The position numbers and the translations under genes were made by a program. Under the pieces are notes generated by a model. That model had not been told where the DNA came from. It saw only the letters and a program-made list of their open reading frames with translations, and did not search any database. 64,000 nt of DNA from Hypanus sabinus (lineage: Eukaryota): the NCBI RefSeq assembly GCF_030144855.1, contig NC_082722.1, forward strand, positions 20,956,001 to 21,020,000. The letters are read 5' to 3'. Shown piece after piece: positions 1 through 11,814 of the stretch; position 1 is the first letter of the stretch; each line of letters opens with the position of its first letter.

Positions 1-60
1 CTGATTTGCTTCCTCAGAAATTGTTTTAATACAGGAAGGATTTAAAAAATAGAACGACTT

Positions 61-452
61 TGTTGCAAAGACGAGTCTAAGGACGAACTCAAGTGTAGGA
101 CACAGGCACGGAGACAGAGCTGTGGCGCATTTGCACTGTCGGAAACGGGGAACCGCAATCCAGGAGAGTCTTCGCACGGAAACAAGGTTTATGTAGAGTA
201 TCCAGGAAATAATGCGGAGCTCAAAAGTGACAGTCATCAGGAATCAAGAAACGAGGTTTAATCACGCTAGAGTCGACAAACGAACTGACAAGGCATGGCT
301 GTGACGCCAGAGTTTTATAATATGTTGGCTAACGGGAACCAGGTGTGCTTGTAATTAGTGGAACTGGGAATGATTGGAACTCAGACAAGGGGATAAAGGC
401 CCAATTAAGGAGGTCATATCAAGATGCGGAATTGTCAGACTGGACATTGACA
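61..452. mobile_element. Possible solo LTR
   Basis: Bounded by TGT..TGACA with LTR-like composition; no target-site duplication found. Confidence 0.25.
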
Positions 453-788
453 GCCTTAAATAATAACGGTAATGTCAGAAAAATTGAAGTTGCGTATTTG
501 ATTTTAATCATATTTCTTGTCGAAACTTAAAATTCCTGACAGTTATTCAAAATAGTAGAGGAGCACATTGTGGCAAGATAATATGTTGAGCATGGCCTTT
601 CATGAATGTGGTTGATCTATATTTTCATTGAAGTATTGGAGTGGAGGTAGCTTAACATCAGTCATGTTATCTCTCAAAGGAACAAAAATATAACACTAAG
701 AGTATTATTACTTGTACAAAATCGCCGCAGGAAATCACAGCCTTAAAATCCTAGGTGCCTGAAAATCATAGGTAGAAGTCAGGGTTGG

Positions 789-902
789 TTAACTTGAATA
801 GGAATGTAAAATTATCCTGTCATTTATAATCAGTATTGTCGAATGTGAATCTGATAATGCCTTGGAAATCCTGATTCTCTCATTATCATTTCTCGTTTCA
901 AC
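789..902 (-). pseudogene. Gene B terminal-exon-like segment VETRN...DRIILHSYSS*
   Basis: ctctgcag|GTTGAA resembles the gene A aacag|GCTGAA; DRIILHS aligns with ERIIYSP; only 41 nt from the TM donor. Confidence 0.4.
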
Positions 903-943
903 CTGCAGAGGTAATAAATAGAAATGGTTGTCAAATCGTCCAC

Positions 944-1042
944 GTTTTTCCATAACTCCGATTCTTAGCAAAATTATAATCAGAATTACAATTGCCATTC
1001 CGCCCAATGCACATCCAAGAATCAGGGGATTATTGCTGTTTT
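944..1042 (-). pseudogene. Gene B transmembrane exon ENSNNPLILGCALGGMAIVILIIILLRIGVMEK
   Basis: ttttcaag| phase-1 acceptor; 99 nt to a weak C|gtggac donor, the same length as the gene A TM exon. ILGCALGG matches ILACAAGG. Confidence 0.8.
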
Positions 1043-1583
1043 CTTGAAAACATCAAAGCAGGAACTACGAAACATATATAGAGACCATGAGACAAGAAAG
1101 TAGACCATTTTAATGACCGAGGAACTCAGCCTTCTTTTATTTACTTTGTATCCAAGGCCTGAACAGATAAAGATTGCAAGAGATGCAATATATCACGGGC
1201 ATTAAGATGATGATGGGACTTATGGAGCGGAGAGATCATCCTATACAGTGCTTCTTTACAGTGCAACACACACACAATGCCAGAGGAACTCAGTAGGCCA
1301 GACCGCATCTATGGAGAAAAGTACAGTCGACGTTGCTTGGAGCTCCAAACAGCATTCTCTTGTCTGTGATTTGGTTCTTTACAGTGAGTATTTTTTTTTT
1401 CTTTGGAATAAGAGAGAGATTCTTTTTACGATGTCTTTGCAAATAGTTTGATCGCAGCTTCAAAATGACATGGTTTCTGTCCCTAAGCTGTCACTCGAAA
1501 ACTCTCTCAACAGATTCTATTAATAAACAAGATAAAATGACTTCAAGATGCATTCATAGAATATTAAAAAGCACAATCCGTAC

Positions 1584-1714
1584 CTTGTATCAGGAGACCA
1601 GGTACTTGGTGAAAACTGAAGAGACCAACGAGCAGATTTCGATTAAGTAATGAAACTAGGGCACTGGAAGACAGAATTCCAGGTTTAAGCACAGAGGCAG
1701 CTAAAGGCGTAGAA
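1584..1714 (-). pseudogene. Possible internally deleted C1 exon remnant of gene B
   Basis: Strong gcgcag| and CAAG|gtacgg sites at the expected position. STPL and IQG| echo PTPL and DQG| of gene A, but both Cys motifs are missing. Confidence 0.3.
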
Positions 1715-2149
1715 CTGCGCAAATAGTTTAAAAAGAACAGAATACCAAACAATAAATGCACATAAATATTATTTATAAATATTTTGAAACATAAATATGA
1801 TTTGAATATTTATAAAAGTGACCAACTTCAAAATTGTGCCAGATACTCCCACACTTTCCTATACAGTTCAGATGCTTCGATTCTCAACTTATATGAAATA
1901 TAACGATATTTGTCTCGGATGTTTGCAATGAATATAGATACACAACATTAGGAGGTAGAAATTACAAAAACGTGCCAGCCTCTCAGTGAAGAAACTGCTG
2001 AGTACTGACTTTTATCACGACAAGGAATCTATCTCTGGCCGAAGGAAACAGCCACTTCGTATTCTCAGCCGGAATCTTGTCTACATATGCCTGATGGACC
2101 ACTTTTTTAGTGATTTTTTTTTCCAGGTCCTCACCTCTCATCGCATTGA

Positions 2150-5100
2150 TATCATCTGTGTTCCGCATGTTAGACGTGACCTCCACTGTGAGGACCGAGA
2201 CAAAATAGTCTTCCTGAGCCTCGGCCATTTCCTCCAAGTTCACTTTGGCCACCCTTTTCCGCTTTATATAATTATGAGAACATTTTCTATCCGTTGTTAT
2301 ATTTTGTACTGGTGGTCCGTGTTCATAATCTAGCTCCCCTTTCTTCATTGCTGGCTTAGTGGTTCGCCTAGTGCTTGCTTTATAAGGTTTTCCCAATCTA
2401 TCAGTTTCCAACTACTCTTGGCGGCTTTGTACGCACGAGCTTTTAGTTTGATGCCTTCCTTTATTTCCTCAGTTATCCATGGCTGGCTCTCTTCACTCTT
2501 ACTGTCCTTGCTTTTAACTGGAACAAACTTTTAATCAGCAGCATGAAAATTCTTGTTCAGAGTTTTCTACTGTTCACAACAGTCTCACCATATAGCCTAT
2601 GTTCCCTGTCTACCATATCCACTCCTCCTTCATCCTATTTGCGCCCTCCATTTGTAGAAGAAACTCAGTCATCCTCTGATCACTCTTTCCAAGTGGATCC
2701 CTAAAAGCAAGATGGCTAATTCTCCTTGTCTCAGCACAGGAGAATCAGATCCCAGACAACATATTCCCTTGTTAGTTCAGTTACAAGTTCAAGCAACCTA
2801 TCATGGATGCATTCTATGAAGTCCTCCTCAAGACTGCCTCGACCTACATGATTCAGCTAATCTATATGCAAGCTAAAGTACCCCACGAGAACAGCTGTGC
2901 TATTCTTACATGTCTCAGGTATTTCTCCTTTTACTACCTTATGAGCGTTTCGTGAGATACCAAACAGGTGTAAACCACTTTGCCCTGAGCAGGCTGCGCA
3001 TCTTCCAAAGTACTGGAAGCATCCTAAAATCTTTCAGAAGTCTCACTTATTTCTGTTTCTATTATTGTTGCGTCCATATTATTTCTTTGTCAAAGATGTC
3101 TAATTTCTTCGGTTAACATGCTGCAGTTTTACACATCAGTTTCGGGGATGTAGGTGAAGTTTCTTCAACACGAATGATTTTCAGTTTTCAGCGGAGTTGG
3201 GGGAGCTACAACTGAAGAAAACGCGACATTAAATACTAGCAATTAGAAACGTAGAATAATAGAAAACCTACAGCACAGTACAGGCTTTTGGCCCAAAATG
3301 ACGTGACGAACATGTCCTTAGCTTAGAAATTACCTGGGGTTACACTTAGCCCTCTATTTTTCTGAGATCCTTATACCTGCCCAGAAGTCTCCTTAAAAAA
3401 ATCCTATCATATCCGGTTTCACCACTGTCGCTGGCAGCCCATTCCATGTACAGGCCACTCTCTGCGTTAAAAACCCCTGAAATCTCCTCGGTACCCACTT
3501 CCAAGCACCTTAAAACTGTGCCCTGCCGTGCGAGTTATTTCAGCCCTGGTAAAAATGCCTCTCACTATCTACACAATCAATGCCTCTCCTCAACTATTAA
3601 ATGTCTTTGAGGTCACCTCGCATCCTCCGTCGCTCCAAGAAGAAAAGGCCGACTACACTCAACCTATTCCCATAAGGCATGCTCCTCAATCCAGGCAGCA
3701 TCCTTGTAAATCTCCTCTGTGGTTTCCTCATCCTTCTTATGATGAGGCGACCAGATCTTAGCACAGTAGACGAAGTGGAGACTGCATAGGGTCCTATATA
3801 GCTGCAACATTACCTCTCGACTTCTGAACTCAACCCCACGATTAATAGTGCACAATGCACCATATGCCTTCTCAACAACAGAGTCAACGTGCGCAGCGGC
3901 TTTGACTTTCCAATGGACTCGGACCCCAAGATCCCTCTGATCCTCCACACAGCCAGGAATCTTATCATTAATACTATGTTCTGTCATCATATTTGACCTA
4001 CCAAAATAAGCCACTTCACACTTAGCTGTATAGAATTCCATCTGCCACTTCCGTGCCTAGTTTTTACTAATGTCTTGCTGTAACCCCTGACAAGCCTCTA
4101 CACTATCCACAATACTTCCGGCCTTTGTCATCAGCTAAACTACTAACCCATCACTCCACTTCTTCATTCAGGCCATTTACAAAAATCACCAAGTATAGGG
4201 GTTCCCTGAACAGAACCCTGAGGCACACTTCTGGTCACCGACCTCCATGCAGAATATGACCCGTCTGCAACAACACTTTGCCTTCTGTGGGCAAGCCAAT
4301 TCTGGATCCACAGAGCAATGTCCCCTTGGATCCCATTCCGCCTAACTTTATCAATAAGCCTTGCATGGGGTACCTTATCAAATACCTTGCTGAAATCCAT
4401 ATACACCAGATCTCTTGTTCTCCCTTCATCAATGTGCTTAGGCTCATCCGCAGAAAATTGAATCAGACAATTGAGGTCTTAATGTTCGACCTCCCTTTGA
4501 CAAGGCCAAGCTGACTATTACTATTCATATTATGCCCCTTCAAGTGTTCATTTATCCTGCCTCTCAGAATCTTCTCCATCAGCTTACCAATCATTAGCCG
4601 TAAGACACAATAGTCTATAATTTGTTGGGCTATTTCTACTCACTTCTTGAATAACGGAACTACATCAGCAACCCTCCAATCCTCCGGAACCTCTCCCATC
4701 CTCATTGACAATGCAAGAATCTTCGCCAGAGATCTTAGCCAGGCTTAGCAATCTTCTTCCTCTCCTCCCACAATAGCTTGGGCAGCATCTCGTCCAGTCC
4801 CGGTGACTTATCCAATTTGATGCTTTCTAAAAGTTCCAGCTCATCCTTTTTTTCTTAATATCTACATGCTCAAGCTTTTCAGTCTGCTGTAAGTCGTCCT
4901 GACAATCCCAAGATACTTTTCCGTAGTGAATACTGAAGCAAAGTATTCATTAAGTATCTGTTCTATCTCCACTTGTTGCATACACACTTTTCCAGTGTCT
5001 CTCTTGATTGGCCCTATTCTCTCACGTCATATCCTCTTGCTTTGCATATACTTGTAGAATGCCTTGGGGTTTTCCTTAGTCCTGTTGGCCAAGGCTTTTT

Positions 5101-5150
5101 ATGTCCCCTTCTGGCTCTCCTAATTATTTGATCTCACGCATTCTCCGTCT
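2150..5150 (-). mobile_element. Degenerate CR1-type LINE fragments (an older piece about 2150-3000; a second element about 3250-5150)
   Basis: RT-like peptides YMDFSKVFDKVPH, SVPQGSVQG and KAYGALCTINRGVEFRS; CR1 3' end near 3250. Confidence 0.85.
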
Positions 5151-5781
5151 CACACTGCCACTCACAAAGTTATCATTGCGGTCGTTTGAAATCCCTAAAT
5201 TTGACATTTATTAATTGTTTCGGGGAGGGGCATGTAAACATGATAAAACTGTTTTGTTGGTGACACACCTGTTTGGAATACACGTAGCAGTCTTAGCGCT
5301 TGCTAAGATTGATTCAAACTTGCCATTTTTGTTCCGACCTGACAATTGAAGGGTGAATTTTGTGAAGACGCAAAATGAGTGTCAGTGAATCTGAATAACT
5401 CTGCTGGTTTCAATGGGATCGGCATGCTGGAGCTGCACACGGAACAAGCTGTGTTTCTTACCGTATAGGTTTTAGGCATACCTGCCGTAATTGACATGAA
5501 CGAATTGGCTTTGTTTGCCTTTGGGCGTTCGATGGAAGGATAATATATTCGCTGTGAATTTACTGAACAGTTGAGTGCGGTGTTTCGAAGTTCCCCGTTC
5601 CCCCAAAGCTTTTCGAGAGTTAGACAGAGTGAACGATGTTACTACTTATAAATATTTGCAGCTATGCGTTTAAGCAGCTGCAGGAGCGACATTGGTAAAA
5701 TACGTCGAGATGTGGTGGTGTAAAATCAAGCTGACGAACGGGCGGATATCGTTAAACCTCGTCAACGCTTGGGTTTTAGTC

Positions 5782-5819
5782 CTGTCCTGACGAAGGGTCT
5801 CGACCCGAAATGTCGACAG
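5782..5819 (+). ncRNA. Minimal type-I hammerhead ribozyme motif in a Penelope-terminal repeat
   Basis: CTGTC-CTGACGA-A-GGG(TCTCGA)CCC-GAAA-T-GTC^GACAG, with a perfect 5-bp stem I. Confidence 0.65.
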
Positions 5820-6357
5820 TGCTTCTCCTTATAGGTGCTGCCTGGCCTGCTGCGTTCCACCAGCATTTTGTGTGTGTTGCTTCGCTTTCATCAAATGGCT
5901 TGTGATTTGCCCTTCAACACAATCTGTCTACAGCTCCTAACCTCTAATTAGCAAACGCGAATGAAATTCTTCGTCTAAAATTAGCTGTTTCAGTTCATCC
6001 GCTGGTTAAAGCATTTGATTGTATAAAGTTCTTGGGGCTAGTTCAGGTATAGTTAAAGGCGGGGAAGGGTGTGACGATGTGTAGGAATATAGGCTTAAGA
6101 AACATATGGTTGGAAATATCAACGGTGTAAAAGAGAAGTGGAGCAAAAGCCAATCTCCTGAATCACATCAAAATAATAAACGGAATAATCAGAACAAAGA
6201 AGAAGTGATATTTTCATTTTTTCTTAAAAAGCTGCAAAGCGACTTAGTGACACAAATTCTTAATCAGCAATACCTCTTCACAACGCTTCCACAATCTTGG
6301 CTTTGGCTTTGGCTTCAAAGAGATGAAAATTTCCCACTCACTATAAAAGACACTTAC

Positions 6358-6663
6358 TTAACACAATAAGCTGAGTGCCTCTTCCATTTCTGAATATTAG
6401 TTGTTGAATTTACACTTGACAGCAATACACGCCGACGTCTGCGAACCTCACAATCAGAAGGGTAAATGTGCCCTAGCTGTTGCTTACCTTGATCTGATTT
6501 CTGCTGTCTCGTTCTATTAACGCCTTCTGACCCTCCCTCCACCACGAAACTTCAGCATTATGATGTAGTAATGGAAATTTGCAGAACATGGATTCAGTTC
6601 CACCGATAGAGACTTTTTAGATTGAAGGGAATTGTTCCACTTTAGCCGAAGTTGATTTTGCAG
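6358..6663 (-). pseudogene. Gene B V(J) exon, pseudogenised paralog of the gene A V exon
   Basis: Same 306-nt length with intact tcag| and A|gtaagt sites. CKFPL, WWREG, ADVGVYCC and NGRGTQLIV are retained; 38/101 identities in an ungapped manual alignment. Stops at 6617-6619, 6473-6475 and 6410-6412. Confidence 0.92.
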
Positions 6664-7739
6664 CTGACAAAGCATAAAGGAAAATTATGAAAACAGTTGG
6701 ATTCACTGGACAAAGAATCAACAGATAAAATATACAGAACAATGGTATTGGAATTGGATGTTTGCCATGGCTAGATTTGCAGTGCGTAGCTAATGTATAA
6801 TATTATACATCCACCGAGGTTGCAAATCAGTGTGTTCTGTCTGAAAGATAGAAATTCATAGGACATAATAAACAAGTAATAATTATGTTTGAAATCACGT
6901 GGTCAATGGTATGTCGATGCCGTGGGCACAAACAAATCCGCAGATACTGGAAATACCGAGCAAAGCCCATAACGTGCCAGTGCAGCTCAGTGGGTCATGA
7001 GGAATCAATGGTGAAAAACAAGCAGTCGATGTTTCTGGGTGAGATCCTTCTTCAGGACTAGAAAGGAAGGGGGAAGAATTCACAATAAGGAGACAGGGGA
7101 GGGAAATGTATATAAGCTGGCAGGTGATAGGTGAAGGGAGGGAGAATTAAGGAGATGGCACTTGATAGGTGATTTATATTCCGTTTCGGTCGCCTCAAAT
7201 CTGCTGATATGTACTTTGATTTCTCGAACTTCCAGTAATTTCTCCCGGACGCCTTTCATCGTTTTCCATTTCCCATTCTGGGTCCCTTTTTATCCATTCT
7301 CTGCTCCTCACCTCGCTTTGTTATTGCTCTTCCTTCCCTTTCTTCAATTGCTCTCCTATGAGATTCCTTCTCATTCAACAGTTTAACACTTGCAACATAT
7401 CGTCTTCGCGCCCATCTGAATTATCACAGGGCGTTTTCTATGCTCCAGTCTTTCCCGGTTCAATGCGTCTCGATGATATCAGTTGTAGCCCGTCATTGCT
7501 CAATCCTTAATTTATCCATGTATTTCGTCCAATGTCTGTATCTATCATGATCCAAACTGAAATCTATCTTCTCGGTCATGATCTACATCACTCCTTTTTT
7601 TTGCCAGTTTATTGGCATATTTGTATGTCTTCTAACTGCTGTGAACAACTCTCTTGCAGCGCTGTCAATTCGCCTACCACTCTCAGCGTAATATACCTGC
7701 CTCGCAAACTTTAGTTATTTTATCTTCTCTTATCTCAAG

Positions 7740-8540
7740 GCTATGCACTGTATTAACTGCCGCTATACATGAATGGTACTGGTCGAGAGAGTGGCAAGAC
7801 CAATAGGATTCGGGAATCCCGATTAACGAGGATGTTAAGACATTGTTTCGGAGAAAGGAAAACTGCATCATCTGTAGAGATCGGCACGGACCAAGACCCA
7901 ACATAAATATAACATCTAACATATATTGCAGAAGACTTGAAGGAAACCAGGAGAGCACAAAGATGACATGATACAACTTCTGAATATATATCAGGAGAAA
8001 GTGAGGGAATAGCAACCCTGAATTCGCGATGACAGAGCTGTAAATTATTATTTCTTATCACTGTGGGGGAAATCATGGAAGCTAAGAGATGAAAAAGAAT
8101 ACCATTTTTTAATATATCCACATGAGAAAAATGGAGGCGAGGGGAGAACGGGGTGCTCATGGTGTAAGAACATAGTCCGATTGATGAACATCCGGCACCT
8201 GATGAAGTGTATCTTTTGACATTGTGAGAAGATGGAGGAAAAATTGTAAGGCCTATTGCAAAAATATCAGCATCATCTTTAACCTGGATTGCGTGAACGC
8301 AGCATTGAAGAGTGGCAAATACACATTTACTTAAGAAGATCTGCAATCACAAGTGGAGAGTTACAGCTGACGAACCTGACATCAGTGCGTGGAACAATAC
8401 TGGAGGGGATCTGAAGGAGAAAATCTAGCACAGTTTGAAAAGGCAAAGTGTGGAAAAGTGGCAGACAGTATGAGTTTGGCATGGCGAATCTCGCCTCATA
8501 AAATGGATTGAGTTGATTTGAAGAGGCGATGAAGAAAACT
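7740..8540 (+). mobile_element. Highly degenerate CR1 ORF2 fragment
   Basis: Decayed endonuclease-region similarity to the other CR1 copies in the window. Confidence 0.5.
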
Positions 8541-9099
8541 GTTGAGTGCAGTGCAGTAGATTATAACTTCATTAACTATTGCCAGGTCCCGTATGGCAGG
8601 CCAGTATAGAAAACAAGATGACATGGGAGACAGGGTGCAGCACAGGAACACAAAATTGGCTTTCGTAGAGGGTGTCAGATGGTGATAGTGGAAAATTGGA
8701 TCAATATGTTTGGCAACAGCTTGGCTACAGGAGCTGCCGGATGTATGCTTAGTGATATCCAGCCTCCTTAGGTCCTCCACTTTGGATTTTCTGCCTGTGT
8801 TTAAACCCGTAGGCTTTGTTCCTACCGACGCTGCCCACACTTGCTGTGGATCTATTTGTCCATAACTGGGGATCTCAACTTCGAGCACTAGGACATGTCC
8901 ACGCGCGATGGGACAGCGTGCAGGGGCCAGACCTCCTCCCCATCCTCTGTAGTTCAGCATGAAACCGAAGCGTCTTCAGTTTGTGTACATCATTAGAAAG
9001 GTAGTACCACATGAATCTTTCTGCAGAGAGACTGTGCTCTGGCAAAGGGAGACTTACGCTTACAGAACTACTTGACTAATATTGTCACCCCTCTTTTTT

Positions 9100-9960
9100 T
9101 TAATCCCTCTCCCTCCTTCCTGTCGAAAACAACGAACCTCTGTCCGGCACCGCCTGCAACCAAGTCTCACTAATAATGGATAGAATAGCATAATTCGGGG
9201 CGTTGTACCATGCTCCGAGCTCACGGCACTTTCCTACTATACGTCTTATATTAACATATATACTGATCAGTTATTAATCACGCCGTGTTCAACATTGTGG
9301 TTTCTGACTTTGTCTGAGATCATTACAACATCTTTCTCCACAACCTCTCCACGAACTGCTCCAGCACTGTGGTTCCCTGAAAGGCAGCCCGATGATCGAA
9401 AGGTCTATCGCCTCCCCTCTTACATCAACTCCTCAGCCGGCTATTAAACTGTAGAAACTTTCTAATCTAGCCTCACTAGCACGTGGGACAGGCAGCAATC
9501 ACAAGCTTGGAGGTGCAACACTTTAATTTAGCACCTAACACCCGGAAATCTATTTGCATAACTCTATCACTCTTCCTACTTATGTCATTGGTAGCTAGAT
9601 GGATGACGGCCTCTGGCTATTCATTCTCCCACTTCAGAATACCAAGGCAGCAGTCCGAGATTTCCTGGACCCAAGAACCCGGGAGGCAAAGTCACTGGAA
9701 AATGTTCTCGACCACAGCACCTCATTTCTTTTCTCCTAACGAATTCCTTATATCTACTGCACGGCTCTTCTCTCCTCCCCCCCCCCACCCACCCCCAACA
9801 CTTGCACTTCCCTTCTGATTCGCAGAGTCAGGCTCAGTGTCAGTGACCTGAACGCTGTGAGTTCCCTCTCATAGGTCATTCTCTCCAACAGTATCCGAAG
9901 TGGTATACCTGCTGTTGAGGCTGATCGCCACAGGGTACTCTACGCTGGCTGTTTAGATCC
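9100..9960. mobile_element. Degenerate Penelope fragment (plus) and CR1 ORF1 fragment (minus)
   Basis: 9500-9580 resembles the Penelope GIY-YIG tail at about 40090-40160; 9640-9960 resembles CR1 ORF1 at 55400-55720. Confidence 0.5.
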
Positions 9961-11814
9961 TTCCCCGTCCTGACTATCATCCAAATATAAATTGCAAATA
10001 AACATTCTGCCAGAACAATATTACTTGATTCGTCCTTTCAATGAGAACAACGCAATGACAGACGCACCTTCAGCACTACACAAATATACATGACTTGCGA
10101 GTAACAAGGCTGTGCTAGCGGTACAAGACATGAATGGCAAGTCCATTAACCATGTTTAGGAAAGCCTGAAATGAAAACTCGATGGATATCCTGGTGAGAA
10201 TACACAACTGAAAAATAGTCGGGAACAAGGAGACATAGCAGAACGATCTAAGCACGGGTATTGTACATTAATGTGCAATTTTGTGTAATTAACTGAAATT
10301 CTCGTTTATATGCAACAATGGACATTATTATTTTAAAATAACACGAATTAAAAGTGATACTTAAATATATAAAGGTAATGCTTTAAAGTAAAATATACAT
10401 TGCTTGCATGGAATTACAAATCAACTTCATTGTTCCTCGGAATTGTTCCTCTTTAAAAACGTCAAATAATAATTGAAATGAAAGGAAATTATTCGACGAA
10501 TTAGGTTGGCCAAGCAATGCGTGTGTTTAAAGTTTTTAGTTGGAGGCTCGGAGTTTAGTTTAAAGAAGGAAGACGTGCTATACATAAATGTGTAAAGGAA
10601 GTGTGCTACCGGTGATAAATGGAACCAAACTTGTGGGAGTTAAAACCACCGATTGGGCAGCACAGTAGGTACGGCAATTGCGCTTGTGAATATGCAAGTT
10701 TCAGCCAATTATTGCCTAATCGTGAAAGTATTTAACTCCATAATTGTCGTCCGAGTGCTTGTTGAGACTTCGGCAGAGCACAGCAATGCTTGGCTGCCTG
10801 TTTGCATTCGGTCTTCTCTAAGTTACAGGACTTTCGCGTTAAGTGATTCTGAAGTCGAGTGGACTTCCTTTAATATACTGATGCTCTTCTCATCCGCAGT
10901 GTAGGCTTCGTTTCCCGTTTGAGAATTTTAGTTAACGGCCCCGTTTAGCCTGGCGTTTATTGTTCTATGTTCCCTTTAACACTGACCGCATTAAAGTTTT
11001 GTGAACTATTGACCTACTTCCGTGTCTCTCACTCTGCACGAGGAGGTATGGTCAAAACAACGTTGCAATTAAAGATGGTGTACTCTCCCTGCCGTTGCAG
11101 TGAGAGAATGCAATTGATTGGGATGATTCATAGGAATGTTCATGATTATACGACAGCCTATACTTTACAAATATTTAAAGCCACTGAAACCGCTATCGTT
11201 TATATTATTGTTATATTTATTTTCTTTCTTCATCAGAGTATACAGTTTTTTTTTCATATAAATATAGCACACACGTGCTTTTCTATTAGTATTACAGAGT
11301 GCTTTTTTTTTTGCAAAGAGTATTCTCCAGTGCGAGTAGGTAATAATACAAGTTTGAAACGAAGTTGAGATGATCTAAAAGTAAATACGTCCTGTAAAGC
11401 ACTTTAGAAAATATCACTAGCACTTCACACTTGATTGAGCAAGTAGTCTACTCTTGTTACCTTGCCCATCAGATAAATTACAAATGGCTATTGTTTTAAT
11501 GAGAAGATGAAGAAACTAATAAGAAATGTAAGAGCACAAAGATCCTGTCAATTACGAATGAGATATAATTCTGCTTCTTTACTTGATAGTAAATATCAAA
11601 ACAATATTTAAAGGTAGAGAAATCGACAAGATTTGAGATGTGAGGTGACAAAGGAGAAGGAACTGAATGAATGATTTTCAAAGGGAACTCTCTACCCAGC
11701 CAACATATCCAGCAGAACATGTCTGAGCGGCCCATTCTTGTTTCCAAGGGTGTACATTTCTATTCTTTTCGCGAATTTCTCAGGATTGCCGAACCTCTTT
11801 CAGGAATAGATGTT

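Noticed and set aside
7753-8346. 197-aa minus ORF
   Set aside because: Antisense of a decayed CR1; no recognisable domain.
10967-11368. 133-aa plus ORF with a YTLQIF word
   Set aside because: No Ig core residues or splice context; low-complexity AT-rich sequence.
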